A DNA stretch of 64,000 nucleotides from an uncultured Acidobacteriaceae bacterium (GTDB lineage: Bacteria; Acidobacteriota; Terriglobia; Terriglobales; Acidobacteriaceae), in assembly GCA_963836525.1 (NCBI GenBank), contig CAWIJW010000005.1:25669-89668 (forward strand), in the 5' to 3' direction. The translations under genes and the position numbers were made by a program. Within the stretch, counting starts at the first letter, position 1, and each line of letters opens with the position of its first letter. The notes below the pieces were generated by a model. It was not told the origin of the DNA. It saw nothing but the letters and a program-made list of their open reading frames with translations, and searched no databases. Positions 45,640 through 55,811 of this stretch are shown here, piece by piece.

Positions 45640-46773
45640 ATGGCCTCCTCTCTATCGCTTACGAGACTTGTCTGGAAGAACCTGCATCGTCGACGGCTGA
45701 GAACTCTGCTGACGCTGTGCGGAATCAGCATGGCTGTTGGTGCATTTGTCGCACTCGTGGGCTTTTCCCGCTCGTTCGAACAGCAGTGGATGCAGATCTA
45801 CTCCAGCAGCCGGACCGACATCGCCGTGATCCGCGGGACGTTTCTGAACACTTCTCTGGATGAGTCTGTGACGGACAAGGTGAAAGCCGTTCCACTCGTA
45901 GCGCAGGCCGCGCCCGCGATCTTCGACGAAATGGACCTGACCTCGGATCTAAATGCGCTGGTTTTCGGCTGGAAGGCCAGCGATTACCAACTCGATTCAC
46001 TGCAGATTCTCTCGGGGCGGCGCTTTCGCGATGGCCAGCCGGAAGTGATGCTGGGCGATCTTTTGGCGCAGGATCTGAAGAAGAATCCCGGCGACACGTT
46101 GGGAATCCAGGGCACGCAATTCAAGGTGACTGGCGTTTACCATGGCGCCTCGGCACTGGAAGCCGACGCAGTGATCATGCCGCTCGATCAACTGCAACAG
46201 CTAAGCAGTGTGCAAGGCAAAGTCTCAACGATTGACGTGCGCCTGCGGCCGGCTCCGCGCGGCGAAACGTGGGATCACTACGTAAAGCGCGCGCAAGCCG
46301 AGATCGAGGCCGCTCTGCCGGGGCTCCGCGCGGTTCCCGCGGCCGAGCGCGCCAGCGACAATCAGTTCGTCAGACTTGCCCAGGCTTCCGCCTGGGGCAC
46401 TTCCTCGCTTGCGCTGCTGATCGGCATCCTGGGGATCGCGAACACCATGGTGATGAGCGTCTTCGAGCGCACGCAAGAGATCGGCATCCTGCGCGCCCTG
46501 GGATGGAAGCGGTGGCAGGTGCTGGCGCTGATTGAGTTTGAGTCGGCCACACTCGGTCTGGGCGGGGGGATATTCGGTCTCCTGCTCGGATGGAGCGCTC
46601 TGCGTGTGCTGGCAAGCCTGCCGCAGACTGCAATTTTCGTTTCAGACTCCATCGGGTGGCCACTGCTTGCACAGGCGATGGGGATTGCTCTACTAGCGGG
46701 ACTGATTGCCGGCGCCGTTCCGGCCTGGCGCGCCGGGCGGCTTTCACCGGTAGATGCGTTGCACCACGACTAG
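45640..46773 (+). CDS. Single-module MacB/FtsX-type ABC permease with no adjacent ATPase
   Basis: KNLHRRRLRTLLTLCGI, periplasmic domain, IANTMVMSVFERTQEIGILRALGW, PAWRAGRLSPVDAL. Confidence 0.9.
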   Translation: MASSLSLTRLVWKNLHRRRLRTLLTLCGISMAVGAFVALVGFSRSFEQQWMQIYSSSRTDIAVIRGTFLNTSLDESVTDKVKAVPLVAQAAPAIFDEMDLTSDLNALVFGWKASDYQLDSLQILSGRRFRDGQPEVMLGDLLAQDLKKNPGDTLGIQGTQFKVTGVYHGASALEADAVIMPLDQLQQLSSVQGKVSTIDVRLRPAPRGETWDHYVKRAQAEIEAALPGLRAVPAAERASDNQFVRLAQASAWGTSSLALLIGILGIANTMVMSVFERTQEIGILRALGWKRWQVLALIEFESATLGLGGGIFGLLLGWSALRVLASLPQTAIFVSDSIGWPLLAQAMGIALLAGLIAGAVPAWRAGRLSPVDALHHD

Positions 46774-48371
46774 GTCTTCACGTTGGCCGCGAACCGCTCG
46801 CGCAGAACACGGCGCAGGATCTTGCCATTGGGATTCCGCGGCAGGTCGTCAGGATCGAGGATCCAGATACGCCGTGGCGCCTTGTAGGCGGCGAGACGCT
46901 CCCGGCACCATTCCAGCAGATCGTTTTCACCGGCCATTGCGCCCTGTTGCAGCTCGACCGCCGCAGCGGGAATCTCGCCTTTCTCGCGGTGAGGCAGACC
47001 GAAGGCGATTGCGCGAGACACCGCCGGATGAGCCGAAATCGCCTCCTCCAGCTCGCGGACGTAAACCGAATAGCCGCCAGACTTGATCACGTCCTTGACG
47101 CGCCCCACCAGCCGGATGAGGCCGAGGCGGTTGCGCGTAGCCAGGTCTCCGGTGCGCAGCCATCCGTCGCGCGTCAGGAGGCTGTCGGAGGCATCCTTGT
47201 CATTCCAGTAGTGCGGATTCAGGCCGCGGCGCTGAATCTGGCACTCGCCCGTTGCGCCTGCACGAACGCGCCGGCCGTTTTCATCCGCTACGCGGATGCG
47301 AAACGGAGGGACAGGAAAGCACAGATCGCCGCTGCCCGGCGCAAAAGGCAACTCAACGCCCATCATGGCCAGGCCGCCCAGCTCCACCATTCCGTAGCCA
47401 TTCAACAGCACCGGCGGAACGCGGCGCCCGCCCGGCAACCGTACCAGAGCTCCGAGCTTGCGAAGGTTTTGGCGAACGTCGCCGGGGAGATAATCGCTGG
47501 CTGAGAGCCAGACGCGGACACTGGCAAGGCGCGCAGGCTCCGGATTGGTGTTCACGAGCCGCGCAAACATCGCGGGTACGCCAACCACCGCGGTTACGTG
47601 CCACCGTTCGATCAGCTCCAGTGCGCGGCCGACGTCGAAGTGTTCGAGGAAGCAACCGGGAATGCCTGCCATCAGTCCGTAAAGCGAGATGCTTACTGCC
47701 ATGATGTGCGACCAGGGCAGCGAAACGAGCGCGAGATCCCTCGACCCCAGAAGAAGGCTGGCAAGCACGGTGGATGACCGCGCCCCCAGGAGGGCGCGGC
47801 TTGAGAGCGCCGCTCCCTTGGGAAATCCGCTGGTGCCTGACGTGTGAAAAATCGCGATTGTCGCCGCCGGATCAATGTCAACCGGCGCAAAGGATTCTTC
47901 GCTATCGTTCAGGTGCACGAATCCATTCAATGTTCCGGTTTTGTCGTCTTGAATCCATGTGTGCACAGGGAGCGCGCTCCGATCGGCGATGTTGCGCTCG
48001 AAGACCGCCCGATCCGTCACCAGAATCGTGGTGCCGCTTTCGGCCAAGATGCGGCGCACCTCGCTGAGCGAGAGCTGCGGGTTGAGCGGGACCGCGACAC
48101 CCCCGGCGCGAATGATGGCGAGAAACCAGTGAAAGCAGCGGCGATCGTTGGTGCGATAGATGGCTACGAGTTGACCCGGACGCAGCCCGATGGCACGGCG
48201 AAGAAAAGCGTCGAGAGAACGGACGTCAGCATGCAGTTGGGCAAGATGAAATGGTCCAGTCTCGTCAACCGCGACCGTGCAGTTCCCCTTTCGCCGCAGC
48301 AGTTCATCCACCAGATTGGCAACCGTCACGCGGCGGTCGCGGGCGAGTTGGAAGCGGCGAACGAGGTTCAT
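46770..48371 (-). CDS. AMP-forming acyl-CoA ligase (ANL superfamily)
   Basis: HTSGTSGFPKG, GYGMVE, WLRTGD, RVKDVIKSGG, GKILRRVL. Its stop overlaps the stop of the convergent permease (CTAG). Confidence 0.92.
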   Translation of the reverse strand: MNLVRRFQLARDRRVTVANLVDELLRRKGNCTVAVDETGPFHLAQLHADVRSLDAFLRRAIGLRPGQLVAIYRTNDRRCFHWFLAIIRAGGVAVPLNPQLSLSEVRRILAESGTTILVTDRAVFERNIADRSALPVHTWIQDDKTGTLNGFVHLNDSEESFAPVDIDPAATIAIFHTSGTSGFPKGAALSSRALLGARSSTVLASLLLGSRDLALVSLPWSHIMAVSISLYGLMAGIPGCFLEHFDVGRALELIERWHVTAVVGVPAMFARLVNTNPEPARLASVRVWLSASDYLPGDVRQNLRKLGALVRLPGGRRVPPVLLNGYGMVELGGLAMMGVELPFAPGSGDLCFPVPPFRIRVADENGRRVRAGATGECQIQRRGLNPHYWNDKDASDSLLTRDGWLRTGDLATRNRLGLIRLVGRVKDVIKSGGYSVYVRELEEAISAHPAVSRAIAFGLPHREKGEIPAAAVELQQGAMAGENDLLEWCRERLAAYKAPRRIWILDPDDLPRNPNGKILRRVLRERFAANVKT

Positions 48372-49474
48372 AGTACGGGACCGGCCTTGCGTCCCCAGTC
48401 GCTGGCGACGCAGTAGTGGAAGAGCCGGTCGAGATAGTCCATTACCGGCGGGGGACAGATTCCAGCTGGCGCAAGCAGCCGCTCCGCGTTCGCGGTGTCA
48501 AATTGCATGCGCATGGTGAAGTAATCGCGGTAGGCGCGGCCGTCGATGAGCACGCGCCGCTTGCGTCCCCTCAGCGTGAGGAACAGTAACGGCCGCACAG
48601 CGGCAAAGAAGATCTTCGGATCGACGTAGCGCGGCACGGGCCCCTTGAAGTACTCCGCGGCGCGCAGCGCGATCTGCTGGATGGTGGCGCTGCCGCGCGG
48701 CCCCGCGCACAAGTGGACGGTGCTGCCGAGAGCGGCGTCATCGAAGACAAGGCGGGCCACCGCAGCCGCCACAAAATCCACCGGCACAATGTCGAGCACA
48801 GCGTCGGGATAGCCGGGCACGGTGCGCCAGAGCCTGCGCGCGTAGATCTTCAGCGGCCAGTACATCATCTTGAAGCTGGAGGTCACGCCGGTACGGGAGT
48901 CGCCCACGATGATGCTTGGACGCATAATGACACCGGGCAGTAAGCCGAGGCGTGTGCGGACGAGGGCTTCCGCTTCGGCTTTGGTCTGTTCGTAGGTGTT
49001 GCGGTAGCTCTGGCCAACGGCAAGCTCATCTTCACGCACCAGGCCTGAGCGCTCACCCGCCACATAGGCCGTGCCCACATAGGCAAAACCGCGCAGCCGG
49101 CGCGCGGCCGCAGCAAAATCCAGTACATGGCGCGTGCCCTCGACGTTCATGCGGCGCGCCTCAGCCAGCGAGTGATCGAAGCGAACCGTGGCCGCAGAGT
49201 GAATCACGCGGGTCGTATCCGCAGTCAGGCGCTGCCAGGTTGGGGCGTCCAACCCGCAGTTGGGCTGGCTCACGTCTCCTGAAAACGCCTGGACACGCGC
49301 CCGCTCTTCCGGAGGGATGATGGAGTCAGCGCGCTGCTGGCCCGACTCACCGGATCGTGGGCGGATGAGCAGCGCAAGCGTGGCGCCTGGCTGACTGCGC
49401 AGCAATTCGCGCACCAGTTGCGTGCCCAGAAAACCTGTCGCGCCCGTTACAAAGATGAGTTCATCGTTCTGCAT
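48368..49474 (-). CDS. Extended SDR, fatty acyl-CoA / thioester reductase-like (NAD_binding_4)
   Basis: IFVTGATGFLG, HSAATVRFD, N.EGT, YEQTK (YxxxK), RPSII.GD, DIVPVD; 4-nt overlap with the ligase. Confidence 0.88.
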   Translation of the reverse strand: MQNDELIFVTGATGFLGTQLVRELLRSQPGATLALLIRPRSGESGQQRADSIIPPEERARVQAFSGDVSQPNCGLDAPTWQRLTADTTRVIHSAATVRFDHSLAEARRMNVEGTRHVLDFAAAARRLRGFAYVGTAYVAGERSGLVREDELAVGQSYRNTYEQTKAEAEALVRTRLGLLPGVIMRPSIIVGDSRTGVTSSFKMMYWPLKIYARRLWRTVPGYPDAVLDIVPVDFVAAAVARLVFDDAALGSTVHLCAGPRGSATIQQIALRAAEYFKGPVPRYVDPKIFFAAVRPLLFLTLRGRKRRVLIDGRAYRDYFTMRMQFDTANAERLLAPAGICPPPVMDYLDRLFHYCVASDWGRKAGPVL

Positions 49475-49648
49475 GCGGAAACCGGCCACGGTACGGATAG
49501 AACTCGAAGGCCGATGTACGATGCCTGCGCGCCTTGGCAGCCGTAGAGTTAAGTGAAATTATAGCCGAGCGATGGCCTCTAAGAAACGTCCGGCGCACCA
49601 TGTGCACCCGTTCTCAAGCAACGCCGCGGAACTGCGCTGCCTCGTCGC

Positions 49649-51901
49649 TCAATGCACATCCACTGACCGGTCGTCCTCGTACTCCATGATGTGGAAGTAG
49701 GCCTCCCATCCGGCCCACTCGGTAGGCGCGGGCAGCTTGGCCATCGGATCCTTCAGGTGATCGGCAAAAGCCTGCACCAGCTCGCGCGTGCGATACACGC
49801 CGGTCAGCCAGTCGCCGCGATACCAGTTCTTCCACTTGCCATATTCGGCGGCGTGCATCGACGCCTGGGCCGCATCCAGCGCCCGCAGCGCCTCGGCCGT
49901 CTCGCTTTGCGCCTTCGCCGCCTGGCCGGCGTCGAAGTCTTTCACTGCGCTCGCAACCTCGAGTAACATGCGGTTGCTCTCGCGGTTGACGGTGATCATG
50001 GTGAGTACCTGCTCCTGGTAATAATCGCGGCGCGCCGGGTCGATCAGACTCTCCGCGGCCAGGGCGTGGTTCCAAACCGCATCCCAACGGGGCTGCGCGG
50101 CGGCGCATACCTTGATGTCGCGATCGATCAGAAACTGACGCACTTGCGCGTCCGGCTCCGGCAAGACGTGGGGCTGCGTCCATTTCGGCGACTGGCTGGG
50201 GATCGAATTCACCTGGTGCTCGGTGAGCGTGTCCAGAATCATCCAACGCGCCTCGGAGTGGTAATACTGGTCACCGATCGGAATTGGAACGCTGCTGGGC
50301 GGCGTGGGCGGCGGCGCGATGCCGGCCGAGGTCAGTCGCGGCGGACCGAATGGCGGGCGCGGCGAGGGCGCGGCAAAGTATTCCTTGTAGAGTTTGGTCA
50401 GCGCCTCGGCGGACTTCGCGCCGAACTCCTCGTTGATCCAGCGGCGATAGTAGGCCGTGTCTGCATCGCCCGCCGCATCCGCCGTCGCACCGCCCGTGGT
50501 CGCGGGCACGCCTCCCCAGGCCATCTCCATCACCGCGCGCGCCGTCATTGCCACGGGCCGGATGTCGCTCGTGTTCAGCAGCACGTATGAAGTCGCGCCT
50601 GCTTTGATATACCGCCCCAGCTCGGATTGAATCGTCTTCACGGGAACCATTTCCGAGAGCTGATTGGCCCGGCCATTCATCATTGCGTCGTGGAAGTACG
50701 CACCCTGCCCGGCCGCGACCTTGCCGTCATCCTGAAGGTCGCCGTAGCCCGTGTCGGCCCACACCAGAGTCACCTCCGGCGGAATCTTCAGGTAGCCCTC
50801 CTGCATCAGCCGCGCACCCTCCTGCCACAGGTCGGTGACGAACTGCGCGTTGGGGTACTTCGCGCGCACAATCTTCATCTGGTCGGCGATGGCCTCGCTG
50901 ATCTTCTGCCCTAGGAGCGGATCGTTGTTGCGCACGCTTGGGTCGAGCGAAGCGTAGCTTTGGTCCGACAGCCCGCGCAGGCCCACGCTCCAAAGAATCT
51001 CTTCGCCGGGCTTGTACTCATTCACCGCGTTGGTCCATGCGCGCTCCAGAATCTCAGGGTGCATAGAAAAGTTGTAGGGCACACCCTCCGGCCATCGCGC
51101 CACGTTCAATCCGAGCGGAATCGCATGGTGCTGATTGATGATCAGGCCGCGCTCACTCGCAGCCTGCACCTGCGCGTCGTCGGGAAAGATCCATGTTCCC
51201 GGCACCACCATGTTGCCCTTCAGGCGCAGGATGGTCTCAAACACCATGTCCCAGACCTTGAGCGAAATGCCCGTCTGCTCGCCTTTGGCCGCCGGAATCC
51301 AGCCGCTGAGCAGGTCTTCATCGTTGGTGAAGAATCCGCGGAACTTGAAGACGGGGCTAGGGTAAGCACGGGCGAAGTCTACGGGCAGCGTGATGGCCGC
51401 GCGCTTTGCGGGCTGTTTATCGGTCCACAGAACCATCGGGTCGACGCCGAGGATGCGCTGCGAGAACTCGTAGATGGCGTAGATGGTCCCGCGCATGTCC
51501 GCGCCGGTCAGGCAGACCACGCGGCGCCGTGTTGGCCCAACTCCGGTTTCCGCATTTGAAAACGCGAATGCCTCTGTGCCGCTGGCCGAGGCGCAGCCCA
51601 CACCGGCGGGCACGTTTTGAGTCTGCGCGATTAAGATCGCGACCTGGCCGGCGTCACTCAGACTCGTCACCAGCTTCGGTTCCTGCCCGAAGACCTTGGC
51701 GAAATCATGTCGTAGGTCTTCGGTAGCACGATGGATGGGGCCGGGTTCCTGCGTGCTCTCCACGATGGTCACGGATGAATTGATGGCGATGGGCGGCGTT
51801 TGAGCGGCGGCGTGAGCCAGTGCGGCTGGCGCCAGGAGGCAGAGCGCGGCCACAAATGGAAGAGAGCGGACGAAGGTTTGATCAAGACGCGGCAGTGGCA
51901 T
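49649..51901 (-). CDS. Glycoside hydrolase family 115-like (alpha-glucuronidase), secreted
   Basis: Signal peptide; GADMRGTIYAIYEFS..ILGVDP; PVFKFRGFFTNDED; LRLKGNMVVPG; HHAIPLG; WSVGLRG. Confidence 0.82.
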   Translation of the reverse strand: MPLPRLDQTFVRSLPFVAALCLLAPAALAHAAAQTPPIAINSSVTIVESTQEPGPIHRATEDLRHDFAKVFGQEPKLVTSLSDAGQVAILIAQTQNVPAGVGCASASGTEAFAFSNAETGVGPTRRRVVCLTGADMRGTIYAIYEFSQRILGVDPMVLWTDKQPAKRAAITLPVDFARAYPSPVFKFRGFFTNDEDLLSGWIPAAKGEQTGISLKVWDMVFETILRLKGNMVVPGTWIFPDDAQVQAASERGLIINQHHAIPLGLNVARWPEGVPYNFSMHPEILERAWTNAVNEYKPGEEILWSVGLRGLSDQSYASLDPSVRNNDPLLGQKISEAIADQMKIVRAKYPNAQFVTDLWQEGARLMQEGYLKIPPEVTLVWADTGYGDLQDDGKVAAGQGAYFHDAMMNGRANQLSEMVPVKTIQSELGRYIKAGATSYVLLNTSDIRPVAMTARAVMEMAWGGVPATTGGATADAAGDADTAYYRRWINEEFGAKSAEALTKLYKEYFAAPSPRPPFGPPRLTSAGIAPPPTPPSSVPIPIGDQYYHSEARWMILDTLTEHQVNSIPSQSPKWTQPHVLPEPDAQVRQFLIDRDIKVCAAAQPRWDAVWNHALAAESLIDPARRDYYQEQVLTMITVNRESNRMLLEVASAVKDFDAGQAAKAQSETAEALRALDAAQASMHAAEYGKWKNWYRGDWLTGVYRTRELVQAFADHLKDPMAKLPAPTEWAGWEAYFHIMEYEDDRSVDVH

Positions 51902-52008
51902 ATTGGGTCTCCTCGCGCGGAATCGGCGGAACTTGGGAATTTCTTCGCGTCACGAATTATACAAACCGCCGCGCTCCGCTGTCGCTCCACTCTGGCCGCT
52001 GCACTCCG

Positions 52009-54237
52009 GTGCTACAGTGGTCTGGTTCCCGGACTTCGCTCCAGAGGGTTTGCCTGTTGGCCGGTTTTCGCGCGCTGTTCGTCGCCTTTCTTGCGCTCTC
52101 GAGCGCCGTCCGCGTCGCATCTCAGGTGCAGGCCGCCCCAGTGCCCGCAGAGATTCGCAACAGCTTCTTCGCCGTCACGGTGAACAACCAGCGGGTTGAC
52201 GTGGCTCACGCCGCTTCGAACTATGAATTCGTGAGCTTCGACATCACTGGGCCGGTCGAGATTTCGATCACTGCGGCCGAGCCCGGCTTCTGGGATCGCG
52301 GCGTCGACATCGAGCCGTGGCGGCTGGGCTTGCGCGCTACGCACCCCGCAGGAGAACCACAGACCATCCGCTTTCGCTTGCCCGGCTCCGCCAAACTTTC
52401 CATCTCGCGACCCGGCGACTTTCTGAATGACGCGCGAATGCTCTTCGTCTTTGCCGGCTCGCCGCCCCCACCGCCGCCGACCGGGCCCAACGTCACCATC
52501 GTGCCGGCGGGCGTGCACCGCGAGAGCCTCAATCCAAAGAGCGGTGACACCGTCTACCTCGCGCCGGGGGCATTCGTCTTCGGCAGCCTGAATCTGTGGC
52601 AGGTGGACAACGTGAAGGTGCTGGGGCAGGGAACGATTGTGTACGACGGCCCACAGGACCCGAACGGCGACGAAGGCTGGATGCAGAAACCTGACTGGCA
52701 CTGCATCGTCGCGTACCAGGCGCACAACGTGGAGATCGACGGCCTCACCTGCATCATCCGCTCGCGCACCTGGTCGATCCAAATGAAGGACTCGACCGGC
52801 TTCCGCTATGACGATCTGCGCGTGATCGGCGGCAATACAGCCAACGCCAACCAGGACGGCATGGACTGGCTGGGCGGCGGCGACACCGTGGTGAAGAACG
52901 CTTTCCTGCGCTCCTCTGACGACGACCTGGCGATGGAGGGCAACTGGGACGGCTACACCCAGGACGACATGCTCCGTCCCGGCGCCGACGTTGACAACAT
53001 CCTGGTCGAGAACAGCGAGCTCTCAACCAGCATCTCCAACATCGTGCGCATGGGTTGGCCGCAGAAGATCTTCAACTCGCACAACTTCACCCTCCGCGAC
53101 TCCGATATTCTGCACGCGGGCATCGGCGCTTGCGGGCAGACCTTCGGGCTGTTCGGATTCTGGGGCGCGAACGGCGCCAGCGGCGACCATTCGGGCGTGA
53201 CATTCGAGAATCTCCTCCTCGACAACTGGTATTCGCTGGTGCAGATGGAGCAGGAACAACCCGCCCTGCGCGGATTCACCTTCCACAACATCTGGGCGCT
53301 CGATCAGCCGCCGCTCGCCGAGTCCAACCATCACAGGCGATGTGAAGGACGTTACCTTCGACAATGTGAAGTACGGACAGACGCGCGTGACCAGCGATGC
53401 GCAGATGCCACTTGTGGTTTCGGGCGGAGCGGCGCAGCCGGAAGTTTGCGCCGGCGCCCGCGCTGGCGGCGGCTTTCAGCGTCGATCCTCAGGTCTTTGC
53501 GCCGCATGAGAAGGTTACGCTCACTGCGCAGGCCGCGCCCGGTGCGAAGTACACGTGGCTCTTTGGCGATGGGACTCATGGCCACGGCCGCCGCGTGCGC
53601 CATCGCTTCCCTGACGCGCTGGGAACCGAGCTTGACGGCAGAAATGGCGCCGGCCGATTCCGCGTGCTGCTGCATGTGACGGATGAAGCCGGCCATCAGG
53701 ATTGGGCGGCGCAGGGAATCGTGGTCGTCGGGCAATGGCACGACGCAGTCGGGGCGCACGATGCGATGAAGGCCGCGGGACCGGCGGCGGCTGGCTTGAG
53801 TTGGAAGAATTTATTCGGGCGGGTGGACCGAGCTGCCCGATTTCTCCGCGATGCAGCCGGCACTCACCGGCGAGTCAACGGATCTCGAAGCCAACGCGCA
53901 GGGATTCACGCACTACGCAACGGTGTGGGACGGATTCATCAGCATTCCCGCAGACGGCGGTTACACCTTTCATCTCATCGACCGCGACGGTGCGCGTCTG
54001 GTCATCGACGGAATGGAAGTGGCGAAGATCGGGCCGCCCTTCGCGCAGGTTTGCGGATCGCCTGGGAATGCACTACGCTACGATCGCGGCTCGATCGGCC
54101 TGCGCACCGGCCTGCACACGTTCCAAATCGAAGCCCTAAACACCGCCAGTGAAGGCGCGCCGAGGCTGTTGTGGGAGGGACCGGGGCTTCCGCTCGCCGA
54201 CGTGCCTGCGACGGCTTTTTCGCACGAGCTGCCTTGA
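52009..54237 (+). pseudogene. Beta-helix glycoside hydrolase (GH28/GH49-like) + PKD + PA14, split by three +1 indels; start approximate
   Basis: Beta-helix motifs VYLAPGAFV, NQDGMD, SSDDDLA; PKD-like YTWLFGDG; PA14-like WDGFISIPADGGYTFHL...RDGARLVIDG. Frames join at ~53326, ~53441 and ~53808. Confidence 0.75.
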
Positions 54238-54264
54238 GGAGCCGTTCTGTCCGCTGCAGCTCGG

Positions 54265-54300
54265 TTCTATTCCCTATTGGCTACTCCCTATTCCCTATCT
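54265..54300 (-). repeat. Heptamer repeat (TAGGGA[A/G]-type on the minus strand) after the RND outer-membrane gene stop
   Basis: CCC tracts at 54272, 54286 and 54293 in 7-nt register (TTCCCTA, CTCCCTA, TTCCCTA). Confidence 0.7.
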
Positions 54301-55809
54301 CTACGGCGTCTGCGTCACATCCCAGCCGCCGCCTAGCGCCCGCACCAGACTCACGCTGGTGGCAAACTGCCGGCTTTCGATGTTGATGGCGGCTACCTGG
54401 TCCTGCAGAAGTGTCTGCTCGGCGGTGAGCACCTCGAGATAGCTGGTTACGCCGCCCTTGTAGCGGGCGTTGGAGAGATCGAAGGAGTGCTGCGCAGCGT
54501 CTACGGCGCGCTGTTCCGCGCTCGCTTCCTGCTCCAGAATGCGCAGCCCGGAGAGCTGGTCCTCCACGTCGTTGAATGCCTGGAAGACGGTGTTGCGATA
54601 GCCGTCCGCCTGAGCCTCATAGTTATGCCGGGCCGCATCGGTGAGGGCGTGACGCTGGCCGGCATCGAAGAGAAGCTCCGTTGCCTGCGCTCCTAAGCTC
54701 CAGAGCGAGCTCGGCCCCTGAATCCACGTGCCGGGGTGCGCACTCTCGAATCCGCCGCCGCCGCCGAGGGTGATCGTGGGATAAAACGCGCTCACAGCGA
54801 TGCCGATCTGCTCGTTGGCCGCGGCCGTCAGGCGCTCGGCCGCAGCGATGTCGGGCCGGCGCTGCAACAGTTGAGAGGGCACGCCCAACGGAACCTTCGG
54901 CAGCGCGAGATCGAGCGGCGAGGGCGAAATGCTGAAATCGGGCAGCTTGTAGTTGGCGAGGGTGCCGATGGCGTGCTCGAATTGCGCGCGCGCCACGCCC
55001 AGGTCGACGAACTGGGCGCGAACGGTTTCAAGCTGCGTTTGCGCCTGAGCCACGTCTACCGCAGTGGCAACGCCGCCCCTAAAGCGCCGCTCCGTCAGAT
55101 CGAGCTGGTGCTCGAGGTCAGCTACCGTGGCGGTCAGCAGTTTGATCTGGGAATCCAGCCCGCGCAGGGCAAAGTAGTCGGTGGCCATCTCGGCGTGCAG
55201 CGTTAGGGACACGTTTGCTTCATCGGCGGCGCTGGCCTGCGCGTTCTCGCGCGCCTGTTCTACGGTGCGGCGGATGCGGCCCCAGAAGTCCGGCTCCCAA
55301 CTGGCCTGGCCGGCGATGACGAAGTCGTTGTAGGTGGTGGTGCCGCCGGGCGTGGCCAGAGGGCGGTTGGCCGAAGCGCGATCACGGCTGATCGAGGGGC
55401 CTGCCGACAGCGTGGGATAGAGGTTGGCGCGGGCGGCTCGCACCTGGTCTTGCGCGGCCAGGTAGAGTTCCACTGCCTGCCGGAGCTGCACATTGTTCGA
55501 GTCGATGCGCTCTTCCAGCCGGTTGAGCTGCGGATCCTGGTAGATCTCCCACCACTTGCCCTTCAACATGCCGTCCGACGGATTCGCCGGCTGCCATGCG
55601 CCGCCTTGTGGATTGGGCGGAGGCACAACCACCGCCGTCGCGCCAGTTTCTTTGTAGACGGAGGGAGCGTTATAGCCGGGGCCGTTGTAAATGGGGCCGA
55701 CGGGCTTGCAGGCAGCTAAGAGAATCAGCGCCAACGAGGCGCCCGCCAGCAGACCACAACGAGTCGTGCGCAGCGATGGTTCACGATCCATTGGCGATCG
55801 ATCCACCAT
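54301..55809 (-). CDS. RND efflux outer membrane lipoprotein (NodT/OprM type)
   Basis: Lipobox LLAAC; WWEIYQDPQLN; ASWEPDFWGRIRR; PSQLLQRRPDI; LVRALGGGW. Confidence 0.95.
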   Translation of the reverse strand: MVDRSPMDREPSLRTTRCGLLAGASLALILLAACKPVGPIYNGPGYNAPSVYKETGATAVVVPPPNPQGGAWQPANPSDGMLKGKWWEIYQDPQLNRLEERIDSNNVQLRQAVELYLAAQDQVRAARANLYPTLSAGPSISRDRASANRPLATPGGTTTYNDFVIAGQASWEPDFWGRIRRTVEQARENAQASAADEANVSLTLHAEMATDYFALRGLDSQIKLLTATVADLEHQLDLTERRFRGGVATAVDVAQAQTQLETVRAQFVDLGVARAQFEHAIGTLANYKLPDFSISPSPLDLALPKVPLGVPSQLLQRRPDIAAAERLTAAANEQIGIAVSAFYPTITLGGGGGFESAHPGTWIQGPSSLWSLGAQATELLFDAGQRHALTDAARHNYEAQADGYRNTVFQAFNDVEDQLSGLRILEQEASAEQRAVDAAQHSFDLSNARYKGGVTSYLEVLTAEQTLLQDQVAAINIESRQFATSVSLVRALGGGWDVTQTP

Positions 55810-55811
55810 GG

